A stretch of DNA of 62,884 nucleotides, counting the filler, from Rhabdomonas costata (taxonomy: Eukaryota), in assembly GCA_019059605.1 (NCBI GenBank). It is 25 parts of 25 records of this genome, joined end to end, with 100 filler letters (N's around TTAATTAATTAA, not from the genome) between each part and the next. Parts side by side here need not be neighbours in the genome. Positions count along the whole stretch, not along the records: positions 12,589 to 15,005 come from JAHMHO010003515.1; positions 15,106 to 17,521 come from JAHMHO010003516.1; positions 17,622 to 20,034 come from JAHMHO010003517.1; positions 20,135 to 22,549 come from JAHMHO010003518.1; positions 22,650 to 25,058 come from JAHMHO010003519.1; positions 25,159 to 27,669 come from JAHMHO010003520.1; 19 more parts are not named here. One strand, written 5' to 3'. Every line of letters begins with the position of its first letter. The stretch's first letter is position 1. Shown piece after piece: positions 13,548-25,377 of this stretch. The translations under genes and the position numbers were made by a program. The notes under the pieces were generated by a model that was given only the letters and a program-made list of their open reading frames with translations, was not told the origin of the DNA and ran no database searches.

Positions 13548-14601
13548 CTGCTCCCGCCCCATCCCACTGAGCGAGGCCACGTGCACCACCGTGTGAGGCC
13601 CACTGAGGATCTCCTCGTACCTCTCCCGGAACCGCTTCTGCACGGCCCTCCACTGATTCAGCTCCGAGGCAGTCCGCTGAGCCAGCACGGCTCGGGTGCG
13701 ACGGTGGCGGGCGTGGGCGCGGTAGGCGGCCTGGATCACAACGGCCGCCAGGGCGTACCACCTCAGCCGGAGGTACCGCTGGCGCTGCAGGAACATCCGC
13801 ACGGTGGCCTGGATCTTCGTGGCAGCACGGATCCGGGTCTGCGAGCTGCAAACCCCCACCACAGGCCAAATACTACACAGAACTAAAACCTGGTGAAGTG
13901 TAGGAACGAAAAACAAGTAACCGAAGTGGGCCTTTCAACGAACCTTTTACTCGGCATCACGCGTGTATGTGGCAGGAAGTACCGAAGGGGCAGACTGACT
14001 CACACAGAGCGCGGTGGCGATGTTGGCGCTTTGCTGGGACTCGTCCAAACAGTACGTGCGCATGGCAAGGCTGTAATGGTGGTATTTTCTACCCGTGGCG
14101 GGGCTCGTCTTCTCCTGCTGTCTTGGGGCTTCTCGTGGTGCGGCTCTCTACTGCTGGGCGGAGTTTCTTGATAAACAACTTGGCATAGTACTTGCCTTAG
14201 ACGCATTATTCACATTTTAGGGAGCTGTGGAGACACACACACAAGCCCGGCCCGAGCCTCTCCACCTCGACAATGGAGTGTATGGTATGTTTGAAAAACA
14301 CAAACCCGTCGGAATTCCGTAGCAGCGGCAGCACCTCGTCAGCGTTGTTGATACATCCCTCCAGCTGTTCTCGAGTGGGCTTCAAAGGCTGAGGCAAAAA
14401 AATCACCCTACCCCACAAAAACCCCACCCACCGCACTCACCCTCACAGTGTGACCAACCAACGCGGACAGATGCAGAAGCACGCTCGAAGACCTCAGCGG
14501 CGGCCAGGCTGGCGACCTTCTTCCCGTCGATGTAGGCCAACGGGACGTCGTAGTCCTGCAGCAGAGCCTCCAGGGCACGCACCACCTCCGTGATGCGCGG
14601 C
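13548..14601 (-). CDS. IQCH: IQ-motif protein, IQCH-like, partial
   Basis: Exons ~14601-14493 (LEALLQDYDVPLAYIDGKKV), 14388-14306 (PTREQLEGCINNADEVLPLL) and 13845-13548 (AATKIQATVRMFLQRQRY..AAVVIQAAYR..HTVVHVASLS) follow the IQCH block order. Confidence 0.72.
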
Positions 14602-15336
14602 CTGCGAGAGTACAGGCGCACAGGAGCGGGTTTCCGCTTCCAAATTTATGGTTAGGTTTTACTTTTTACCGATGGAAAGCTGAAAGTAAACGAAGAGAAA
14701 AGGAACTGGGGGACTGATTGGAAAAGGTGTTCTTTTCGAGACGTGTCCGGGAAACTGAGGAAAGGAAAAGAGGTTAACAGGTGAGCTCGGTGTAAGCGAA
14801 CAGCAACATTGGTGAAGTTGAAGTTGCAAAAGGGAATGCAGAAAACCACCTCTAAACACGTAAACAGTTTTTCAAGTTCAAGGGAGCTTAATTTGGATGA
14901 AAGCGCTCATCACCTTGTTGTAAATGTCAAAAGAAGAGCACCTGTCAAATTCCGTTGTGATAAATCATCTCACCTCCCTGGCAAAAGCTCCGCCCCAAAA
15001 CAAACNNNNNNNNNNNNNNNNNNNNNNNNNNNNNNNNNNNNNNNNNNNNTTAATTAATTAANNNNNNNNNNNNNNNNNNNNNNNNNNNNNNNNNNNNNNN
15101 NNNNNGGTTGTTGGGGCACAAACTGAAATGCAACCAAAAGAGAGGTCTCCACATCGCGTCGCTAGCTCCGTTTTGGTTTGCTTTCAGTTTGTGCTCCAAT
15201 AATATTAGAAAGCTACCAACACTCTTTCTTTGTTGCCTTCACATCTCTTACTTTCTTTTCAGTTCTTTGGAGAAACAAGACCACAATAACAGAAGCCCTG
15301 AACAAGAGACACACCTGACGTGCCCCAGGGGCTTGA

Positions 15337-16311
15337 CTACAGCACCACAGGAGTCTTAACGCTCAGGTCGATGCCATACTTCGTCGCGAACCGCCGGTAG
15401 TAGTAGCCTAAATCCTGACGAAGCTTCTCCTCCGTGGACGATAGGCCTAGAACCACTTGAAGGGCACTGGATGCCGCGGTGATGTCCTGCCACACGAAGT
15501 CTGCGAAGGATTGCCACAATGACTTTGGCAGGGTGCCCCACTTCTGCCCAGAGTTCAGCAGAACAAACAGAAGCGCGAACACGTTGACAGTATACAGCAG
15601 AAATATCAGCACGGGCAGAGCCATCACAATTAGGAACGGCGACTTCCACTTGAACACATCTCGGAAGAGTACCACTGACTGCATATGATGCTCAAGCTCT
15701 TCCGCTATGTGCCAGAGAAACATCTTGGTCAATAACGGGGTGCCTTGCTCGAGTGACTCAAATTCTTCAAAAGCTCCATCCATCAGCCGCTCATAGTAGA
15801 ACTTGTTCTCAAACACTGCGACCATTCCAGAGACGACGGATGGGACAGTGGTCTTCAGCTTTCTGGTGATGTCTTGGTAGACGCGAACAATGCAGTGACG
15901 AAGCCCTGCCGTGAACGCGCCCTTGCCGTTGACCACGGAGCAGATCCGGGAGTTGTATGCACTGTGTATCTTGGAGTGCACACGCTCCTGAGGGCTGACG
16001 ATGTATCCTTTCTGGTTGTCCGGGTCAACAAGGGCGTCCACGAAGATCACCATGGATTCATAGGGAACTACGAGAAGGGAGAACACATACCAATACGCGC
16101 TTTTGAAGTGATGCAAGGGAATGTCAGGGTCACACCCCTCCAGCCGAACCTCCCGAACAAACCCCAGGGACAGCGGGGGGCGAGCTGTCGTTAGATAAGG
16201 GGGGTTGTGGATGAGAAAGATGCTCAGCTGAGCCAAGCAGTACGCCGAGAACAAGCCAAACACTGCCCAGTGCCCCCAGGACAACCACAAAAGAAACAGC
16301 GTGAAGAACAT
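15337..16311 (-). CDS. Predicted metal-dependent hydrolase (PF10118-like, ferritin-like di-metal), intronless, 324 aa
   Basis: Uninterrupted ATG-to-stop ORF with SLLVVPYE, QERVHSKIHSAYN and WHIAEELEHH motifs (two ExxH), plus hydrophobic N- and C-terminal segments. Confidence 0.8.
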   Translation of the reverse strand: MFFTLFLLWLSWGHWAVFGLFSAYCLAQLSIFLIHNPPYLTTARPPLSLGFVREVRLEGCDPDIPLHHFKSAYWYVFSLLVVPYESMVIFVDALVDPDNQKGYIVSPQERVHSKIHSAYNSRICSVVNGKGAFTAGLRHCIVRVYQDITRKLKTTVPSVVSGMVAVFENKFYYERLMDGAFEEFESLEQGTPLLTKMFLWHIAEELEHHMQSVVLFRDVFKWKSPFLIVMALPVLIFLLYTVNVFALLFVLLNSGQKWGTLPKSLWQSFADFVWQDITAASSALQVVLGLSSTEEKLRQDLGYYYRRFATKYGIDLSVKTPVVL

Positions 16312-17621
16312 TTTTAGCTTGCCAAGAACCGCTGAAGGAAGCGAGAATATTTTTCCACCAAAAGGGAGGCAGAGTGATGTTGCTCACAGCATGTTAAACC
16401 ACTGGATTCGTGCCGCAAACCAAAGGTCACTTGAAAAGACGCATACAGCACATCCTCCACTGCCTACTGCCCTTCTCCCACAGTAAACGTGCTGACATTC
16501 CCACTCAACCCGACAGGTGGTGTCAGCGCACTATTGCACTCTACTTATGTGCGCAAATTAGACCTTTGGCAAGTTTCATCTTGCCTTTCTTCATTTTCTT
16601 CACAAGTGGAAGGGAAGGAAAGCGAAAACTAGCTCAAAGGTGTTCACTGCTGCTCACTACTGCGTTATCACCAACGTCCTAGTACGTCTCCTGGGCTCGC
16701 AACAACCAAGGGCGATCAAGACCCAATGTAAATATACTACTCTCGCAAAATGCACAGCTGTGTGGCAGAGGTTAAAGGAGGACGGGAGCTAGGTCAAGCA
16801 AACACTAATCATGTTCTCCTGCCCTTCCACCATATTCCCTCACGACCTGACCTGTCAGAAGAACGCAGGCCAGCACAGGCCAGCTAAAGCCCATCTAACC
16901 TCAAAAGAATCATCTCGCCAGACGATTTAAACCAGGTCTTATTCAAGCATCCCCAAGCGCGTCGCCACGCCACAAAAAGAAAGGTATGCTAACCGCCGCT
17001 CCACAATACTGGGATCCTGCAGCGGCATCGCATCCACTGCTATGGGACTTACCCATGAGAGAGGGCACGCACATCGCACCGTACAAGGCAACACAGGACG
17101 ATGTCCCGGATCTGACAAATAGCAAAAGAAAACGGCAAAGGTCCCTGGGAAGGACTGGCCGCAGCAGGGGCATAACGGTATCACTGAAGTGGAGGCCAGT
17201 AAAGTCAAGGCACCAACAACAGGTGCTCCATTTTTGTGCACCCCAGCAACTCACTCGGGTTTGCTTCGGGCCAGATCTTCCTCGACGAGCTCCTGAATAA
17301 AAGGGTACCAGACCGCTCAACTGCAACCAGAATGTGAATTACCACAGAGTCCAGAGGAAAACCAGTTGCAAGGTTTCAAACAGAGCATCGGGATGGATTC
17401 CCGTGAGTTGATGGAAGGCCCTAGAAATGTTTGCACAGCGATCAGAAGGCTCCCGGACATTCGTGAAGGTCAACACGTTTAGCAGTACTAAACGATGCTA
17501 AACCTTTAACGCCACCCCCCCNNNNNNNNNNNNNNNNNNNNNNNNNNNNNNNNNNNNNNNNNNNNTTAATTAATTAANNNNNNNNNNNNNNNNNNNNNNN
17601 NNNNNNNNNNNNNNNNNNNNN

Positions 17622-19364
17622 GAACACGGTAAAATCGACAGCACAGCAAGGCTGCAAGTGCAAAAGTGGACGCCGCAACTGCGTTGACATGCTGCCACGT
17701 ATCCGGATATACGACAAGATCTGTTTTGCACTGTCTTTGATTATTTTCTTATCGAGAAGAACGGGTATGCCAGTAATAGTAGTAACCCAGTAGGGCACCA
17801 CCTTTTAACTTATAAATGAGTCCGACGCTCCTGAGTCAAACAGAGCTCTCACTTGGATCCTCCCAATCCACAACGGTAGAAACAATAGCGGCTGAGGTGG
17901 AGTAGGGTCGGTGGGATTCCAGACGAACCGATCCCCTTCCTTGCCCACTTTTTAAAAGAGCAGCACGAAAAGCGGTACCGGGAAACTTCCCTTGCCACGA
18001 CGGATGCTGCTGACGGCTACCTCCTGCCCTTCTTCTAACCACTCTTCCAATGAAGCATTCTCCGAAATCTCTTCTGTCACAACACTCCATTCAACTGCTC
18101 CCATTTATCTTCCGTGACTTCCTCACTGGATTAATCCAAATGCGTTTCTCATCAGGTCTTGAGCTTTTCTGAAGTCTCAACTCACCAACAGAATTTATCT
18201 CTGCTCTTGCGACAACAGCGCTGTCCTCGCTTATCAACTCAAGCGCTAAACTTGCAATCTTTAGCTTGTCAACCATTATCGACCACTCTCTCTACTCCAT
18301 CGAAAATGACTCCGAAATTTCTCACGACTGCAAACACCAACGTGTTCTTTATCTTTTCATCCACTCAAAGACTCTCCTACGTGTCCTGAGCCGTTGCACG
18401 TCCCCATAATCTGGTGGTATATAACTTTTACTTTGGATATCCTGGAAATCCCCACCGGCCACTTCCCCAACAGGTGTTTGTCGTTCTCTCCGGCCTCCAT
18501 TTTGAGCGGTTGGTACGAAGCCACGGCAGCAAGCGATACATAGGGAGTAGCAGGTAGCATTTTACCCCGCTGCCGTCCATATCTTTCATTACATCACCCC
18601 GCCGCACGTTGAAGATGTCTTGGCTTCATGGAACTCGCGGTAAGGATTGCCACTAGATGTGGTGATGGCAAACTTCGCCTTCAATGGCTATATTCCGTAG
18701 AAACCCATCACCGAAAAATCATCCACTGGATTACAGCTCGATGTTGTGATTCTATCCGTGGTATCTTTCCCTCCACTCGTGTGGATTTTCGCTCCGTGGG
18801 TTTTTTGGGTTTGTGTTTTGCCTTTGGGTTGGTGGTGTCGACGTTGTCATAGCGTGTGTACTGGTTAACGGTTGCAACTCATGTTAGCGCAGGTGACGTT
18901 GAAATATTGGTGACGTGGTTGGTGGATTGGCGTTGTTCTTGGTACGGGATGCCAATGTTTGAATTTAGGGTGAGTTTTATTTTTTGTGACCACGGGCTTT
19001 ATATTCTTTGCGGTATTTTTAATTTCCGATTTGATTCGGGTTTCTCGTCTTACACCGTGGTTTTCCTTTGGGCCGCTGGTAGCGCGAGTTCAGTAGGTAT
19101 TCCAGTGACTTCCTTCGCAATTTTCTTTTGTCTACTGGAAGTGGCATGGTTCAAACGGACGGCGGCAACACTCTGAGAGGCTGTAAGCTTGCACAAAAAC
19201 ATGCCGCTTGACCGGTGAAGTCGGCGCAATTCCAGTGAACACGGTAAAATCGACAGCACAGCAAGGCTGCAAGTGCAAAAGTGGACGCCGCAACTGCGTT
19301 GACATGCTGCCACGTATCCGGATATACGACAAGATCTGTTTTGCACTGTCTTTGATTATTTTCA
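17622..19364 (-). mobile_element. Degenerate LTR-retrotransposon-like element (gag/aspartic protease region) bounded by direct repeats
   Basis: Minus strand ~17895-17808 reads QPLLFLPLWIGRIQVRALFDSGASDSFIS, a retroviral-type DSGA protease motif. The upstream region has broken frames and is flanked by identical 127-bp repeats; the upstream copy starts TGAAAATAATC on the minus strand. Confidence 0.75.
19237..19363. repeat. 127-bp direct repeat, identical to 17622-17748 (LTR-like)
   Basis: gaacacggtaaaatcgacagc...ctgtctttgattattttc is present at both positions; the 17622 copy is cut by the contig edge. Confidence 0.95.
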
Positions 19365-19626
19365 ACGGGCTGCGTGGATAAGGATCTGGTTGCGGGCTTA
19401 GTGCCGGACTTGCGCGGTGTGTGGCCTTACTGTTGGTGAGGGTATGGCTTTGGTTGTGATTGGAATGTATCTGTTGTTGGTTCGTGTTTGTTGGTATGTC
19501 TAGAAGGCTGGCTGGAAGGAAAAGACAGAGAACGTAAAGGATGACAAGCTAAAACCCGCTTACGCCGCTACGCTACAGTCGTGCGCCCCTGTGGGGGACG
19601 GGAAGGCAGTTTTGATACGTTCCCAC

Positions 19627-19690
19627 CTCCTCTTAGGCGGACCGCACCGCAGAAGCCAATCCACATTAACAAGAGCACAGCCAGCCGCAT
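19627..19690 (-). CDS. Possible first exon of a secreted protein (signal peptide)
   Basis: ATG followed by MRLAVLLLMWIGFCGAVRLRG and a GT donor. Confidence 0.3.
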
Positions 19691-20658
19691 GGCTCCAAAC
19701 AAAAACAAGACTTGCAAGAAGCCTGGGGACCTTTCCTGAGGATGAAAAAAATGATGATCGCCACTTACTCGCGCGACCTGGCGAGAAGAAGCGCGACTTT
19801 CACCACATGCACACAAGACAAGGCCTCCCCCCTTTTCCTGGTTTTCATTCCCATTAAAGGCTGGCAGGAGGTTGGAGGGCGATGCAGATGTCTCCGGGCG
19901 TTCTTCCAAGATCCTAGGCTTTCAAATACGGCCCAAACAAACCCTACTTCCAGGAGGGGGGCGGGGGCAAAACCGCGGCTCTCATCAACGGGAAGAGACG
20001 GGCGAGGCCCGAGCGTTAGACAGAACCAACCAACNNNNNNNNNNNNNNNNNNNNNNNNNNNNNNNNNNNNNNNNNNNNTTAATTAATTAANNNNNNNNNN
20101 NNNNNNNNNNNNNNNNNNNNNNNNNNNNNNNNNNGGTGGTGGGGGGGGTCTGCGACAGCTGTGGGGAGTATTCCTACGGGGTCGCCCAATGGTTAGTTTC
20201 GATGCTTCGCACTGCATTGCAGGAAAGATGCGAGGGAGGGTGGGTCCCAGGTTGTGTGCACCTGGGGGAGGGAGATTTGGACTTACAGAGCGAGTTATGC
20301 ATGGAGATTATTCGTTGAAGAGATCCGAGTTGAGTTCCAAAAATAGAGAGTACTGGATATGCTTCGGTCTTGCTTCCGTGCCGAAGACAGCGGGGGAAGG
20401 CTCCGCTTGTTTTGCGTGGATTGTGGAGTGGGAAAGGAGGCGGACGAAGGGCTGCCCGGTGGTGTTTTGGGGGTCGGTCCCTCCTCAACCGATTCCCACC
20501 CATCCACCGACTGGTTTCTTCTCTCACTTTCTCTCTCTCCCGGTTGTCGGCTGGTCCTTCCCACCCTTTCTCCCACTTTTTATCTGTTCGTGAGGTTGCA
20601 GGGGGGCGGGTTCCCTTTCATCCTTTCGTTCCTAGCACGACTGCTGAAATCCCCCTAG

Positions 20659-20950
20659 GACTTCCTAAAGAGAGCCTTGGAGGCGCTGCAGAAGGTTCGC
20701 CATTGCCAAACGCTGCTCGGAGTGGCTGAGCGCGTTTTTGCGGAGTGCCCCATCGCGGAGTTCTTTCTGACCTACGCCGGGTCGGTAATCCAAAAACGCC
20801 CGGAGCTATTCGACCACCGAGCCTTCCGAGTGTACGTCGAGGGACTGGCCGCGCTGGACGGGTGCCGGGGGCAGGGGCCCCACCACCCTCACAGGGGGCA
20901 CCGGCACCATTCCCCTTGCCCCTACGGCGGCCGGAACCCCCCATACGGAG
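20659..20950 (+). CDS. Internal exon of hypothetical protein
   Basis: AG/GT-bounded, high-GC3 stretch encoding DFLKRALEALQKVRHCQTLLGVAERVFAEC...; no family recognised. Confidence 0.5.
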
Positions 20951-23079
20951 GTCTGTCATCAGCACACTTTCTGTGCACCGTAGTATAGATACTGGGCTTG
21001 GGTCAAGTTGGCGAGAGGAGGGGTTTTTTCTGTGATGAGTGGAAGGGGGCGTCAAAAGTATAACGCCGTCAACCGCTTCACGATGTGAAGCAGTTGCGAC
21101 CGTTAAGCGATCGGTAATACTAACCTGATACGATCGTCATCCAGTAGCGCAGCTTCCCTAACGTCTTTTCGGAAAAGTAACGTCATTCAGTGGGTTAAGG
21201 CATGCTACACCAAACTTCCGCTCTCGGAAATGGACGTCTGGGGGCTTCCGTACCGGTCCCCTAGAGGAATCGAGACTCGGAGGGAACCCCCACCAGACAC
21301 GTCCAGGCTTCGCCACACGCACGCATAACGCTTGGTACAATACACCGCTGCTTGAAGGGAAAGTTATATGCTTCCAATAGACCACAGGTCAACACAGTAT
21401 AGGGCCAATACAGGCAGAATGCAAAGGGGTCCTTCTGCTGGCCCTCTCTGGACTAGCTGCCACAGCACACCCGCACCATCGTACACCCCGCCCCCTCTTG
21501 TGGGGGCACCCATACCTGGGCCATGGGGCCTTGAGGGGTTCCGGGTGTAGGGGTACCTCGGTATGTTACGGTCCAGCCGGCTTATAGGGCTATAGGCCCG
21601 GGGGGAGAGGGGAGGTTCCCCCGGTACACCCCATCTAGCCTTCGATTCCAGCCCGGACAATGTGATCATGGCACACAGCGACCCCACATGTGTGTGGGGG
21701 GGTCCCCCACACCTTCCGGCCATGGAGGCAGTGTAGTGTGAAAGTGATGGGAACGTATGCTTGCTTCTGCTTCTGCTTTGCTTCATACGAGAATTTCAGC
21801 CTCTCGAATAACTACACACTAGACAGTTTTGTTGCTTGGATGCCTTTTCCTTGCATGTTTTGTGGTCTAAGTTCTCACTTTTGACCCAACCGGAGCGGAA
21901 CGATTGGCCACTGGTATGGTGAGGCAGTCTCAGTACTTCGTCAAATTGTTTCCCAGTGATGAACAAAGAAAACAAATCATATTTTTGCATGACCCCCCCC
22001 CTCAATGGCGTGGCCCCGCCTCAGCCGTCCGCCGTGGCCGCGCTGCGGTGCTGGCCTCCGCCCCTGAAATAACACTGTCCCAATCGATCGGAATAGTCCC
22101 CAAAACCTTTACGAATCGGGGTGGTATGCATATACATATGGCATACCTGCACTAGCCCGGCACACAGAGGAATACGAAGGATCACGATACTCCACACTCC
22201 TTGATACACTGTAACAGTAAGAGTAAACATGGCTGTAAAGTGGAGGTGGGCATCGCTCCCTGACCCTGTGAAACTTGCTGAAGACCCCCAGACCTCCCCG
22301 TGTTTGCATGGCGTCTTAACCCCCTGTAAGGTAAACACCTCCATGCAAAGTGTGTCGGGAGAGTGCAGGAGCGCCATACATATGCTAACCTCGGCAGAAA
22401 AATGAGCTCCCCCTACAACCAAATTAACGTGACTCGAAGAGTGGTGCGAAAATTCAAAACCAAAAAACCTCGCAAGTCCAGTGTTCAAAACCCTTTCAGG
22501 CGTTACCCACACCTAATTTTTGTGATACCGCTCCGCTGCACACCACACCNNNNNNNNNNNNNNNNNNNNNNNNNNNNNNNNNNNNNNNNNNNNTTAATTA
22601 ATTAANNNNNNNNNNNNNNNNNNNNNNNNNNNNNNNNNNNNNNNNNNNNTTCATCAATCAGGAACGAGCATGGGTTTCCAAGAAGCTACAAGTAGCCGCA
22701 AAACAACCCTGCAATCCCAGCAAGAAAATTATGGTACTGAAAAACGCTTCGTCTTCACCCCATTTGGTTTCGCTTCCAGTTTCCACCTTCGCACCTTCAC
22801 AATGCACCTTACCGTGGGCTAAGACAGGAAGATGCAATGTGGTAAAAAAAAAAGTCGCCACATTCGAACCTACAAGCAACAAAAACAAAACAACGTGGTT
22901 TGAGGATGCCCCACCATTCCTCCGAATTCTTTCATATTCAGGAAATAATCCGCAACACAAGAAATGAAATACACTTCGCTGCAATGAGAATATTTCACCC
23001 AAGAATGATTAACGATCCCCCCCTTGAATATCAGTGTGCTGAACGACCCCCCACTACCCTACATTAATAAGGCTAGTAA

Positions 23080-23204
23080 TACCCCGAAACTGAGAATTTA
23101 GTATTGACATTTCGAACAGAAGTCTTTTTACCCCATATTAATGCCGGTGGTCCTTCGCGGCATCCTATGATGTGCCGTGATTAAAACTCTCAGTTTAGGG
23201 TGTA
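23080..23204. mobile_element. MITE-like element (~120 bp) with imperfect TIRs and TA flanks
   Basis: TA|ccccgaaactgagaattta ... taaaactctcagtttagggtg|TA. Confidence 0.45.
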
Positions 23205-23856
23205 GCCTGCTATAGCAGTAAATTTAACGAACCCAACTTGCAATTAGCTTCACTAGCCAGATTTGCACGTGCTCGCCGCTCCATATGTTTTCGATAGGCC
23301 CTCTCCCCACTTCACGCAACCAGACCCGAGTCGGACACGCAAACCAACGGGTCGCACCGCCCAACTCGGGGTACCAAACCAATCCCTCTTGTAAGATTGC
23401 AAGAGATTCAAACGTGCTGATATTTCTCCGAGGGGGTCGTTAAAACACACTGGAACCGGATATTTTTTTGGAACCGAATATTTGCCGGTAACAACGGGGT
23501 TAAATCTGTCAGCGACTGAGGAAATGCCATTCTGAGATTCTGAGGGGGTGGGGGGGAATCGGGAGCAGCTAAATGTGGCCCGGCGTCACTTTTAAGGCAT
23601 CAGGTAACGTTTGAACTGCGAAGAACGAATAAAAAACAAGCGCAAGCTGAAAAATCCATTTTTGCCGAAGCAGCAGAATGCCGGTTGGCTCAAAACTTCA
23701 AAGTTCCACAACATTGCCCAGTGTACGCTGAACACAAGCAAATGGGACAGCGGGGGACTGGGGGGGGGGACATAAAACCTTATTACGGCAGGCAGAAAGT
23801 TGGAATGTCTCTGCGATGCAAGCGAAGACAGGAGGGAGGAAAATGGGGGCGCGGAC

Positions 23857-23985
23857 CCCATGGCGGGCAAGGGTCGCTTGAAGCTCCGCCTCTTTGGCAT
23901 CCAGTACTCTCTGCAGCCCCACCAGCTGCCCTCGGCTTGTCTCGAGCTCCATCTGTAGCCTCGCGGACTCCAGGCCCGGCGGGAT
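23857..23985 (-). CDS. Exon of coiled-coil protein
   Basis: IPPGLESARLQMELETSRGQLVGLQRVLDAKEAELQATLAR has a heptad pattern and follows a ctcag acceptor. Confidence 0.45.
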
Positions 23986-25158
23986 CTGAGAGTGCAGAGG
24001 CGACCTCGCAACCGGACGCTATAAAGACGAGCCATTGGATCTCAAAAGGACACAATGGCATGCACACACATCCACACACATTCCAGGCATTCCAGGCTAG
24101 GTGCGTTTCGCCAGTGTTACCAAGATGAGTATTCTTGGTTAGTACGTAAATCTGGTGGCGGTCAAGGACTAACCTAAGGCTGGGATATCGGCGGACCAGT
24201 AGGACAGCATTAGTTCAGGGGCGAAGGCCAGTCCGCGCGCGGCCGAAGTGGGCGGTTTCCGGGAATGTCACCTGGGGGACTTCACCCACTTCAGTTAAAA
24301 TTAAAAAAAATAATGTTCAATAGTAAGAATTGTTACCACTGGCACCGTTACCGCTCCACCATTGCTACAAAAGAGCCACCATGGGGGCACGGGTATGTGC
24401 CGGCCTGAGGGCGAAAAGAATCGCCACACAGCGATTCGGGAGGCTCAGTGCAGATACCAAAAGCCTTGCTTCGGCTTGGCAGTCATCCAACATCGGAAGA
24501 AATTTGTAATAAAAGGCCAGAACTCCGAACAGTACTTTAAAAAAGATTTCTGAGAGGATCCAGGGTGGTGGTGAAGGGAGAGGAGCTGTCTAACACGAAA
24601 ACAGAGAGAATGCACCCCGAGGAAGGAGGAATATTTTATACCTCGGCGTCCATTTCAGCACAGCGAACACTGAACCCTGTCAGCCACAACGCTCCCACGG
24701 TCTTCCGGGGGGGGGTACCTCAGTGCGATAAAAAAGTCACCCAGACTAGGCAATCCCATTCAATAGCAAATCGGGCTTATTCTTTGTGCCCCTCGCTTTA
24801 CCAAGTGATCCTCAGGATCTGTTTTTCGACATCGCAAGTGCAAACCCATCATCCGAGGCCCCGTCCAGTCCGCACCAATGCACAAATGTGCAGCACAAAA
24901 AGTGAAATAGCTGGGGCCACACCGGGTTTTCGGGGAGTGGAGGAGAAGCAGCTGGACGGGAGGCGACCTCCTCCGCCGAAGGAACTGCTCCAGGCAGCGG
25001 CGACCGCTGTAATTATGATACGAGGGGGGGGGGGTCCTCCTCAAATTCACCACAAACANNNNNNNNNNNNNNNNNNNNNNNNNNNNNNNNNNNNNNNNNN
25101 NNTTAATTAATTAANNNNNNNNNNNNNNNNNNNNNNNNNNNNNNNNNNNNNNNNNNNN

Positions 25159-25160
<2 letters not shown>

Positions 25161-25203
<43 letters not shown>
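25161..25203. repeat. (GT)n microsatellite
   Basis: About 21 GT units at the contig start. Confidence 0.97.
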
Positions 25204-25207
<4 letters not shown>

Positions 25208-25377
25208 CGTGCACACGTACATGTGTGAGTCGAGCGTGTTGAGCTCATTGGAGCTGTGGCAAATGCAGCGCTGCTGTCGTCTGGCAGCGGCCCATGTGCT
25301 TGCGAACTGCATAAATGCCCGCAGGCTCGGTGCGGCGCGCGATGCGCCACAACGCAGAGTGTGCACGGCAGGCTAAC

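Noticed and set aside
17836-18276. Tyrosine recombinase or DIRS methylase-like words (RRAGG, IWINP)
   Set aside because: Too short and in frames not supported by anything else; only the DSGA protease motif is convincing.
23445-23490. Possible spliced-leader RNA-like motif (actggaac...ttttttt)
   Set aside because: No adjacent GT donor or Sm site and no tandem or 5S context; the host spliced-leader sequence cannot be verified here.
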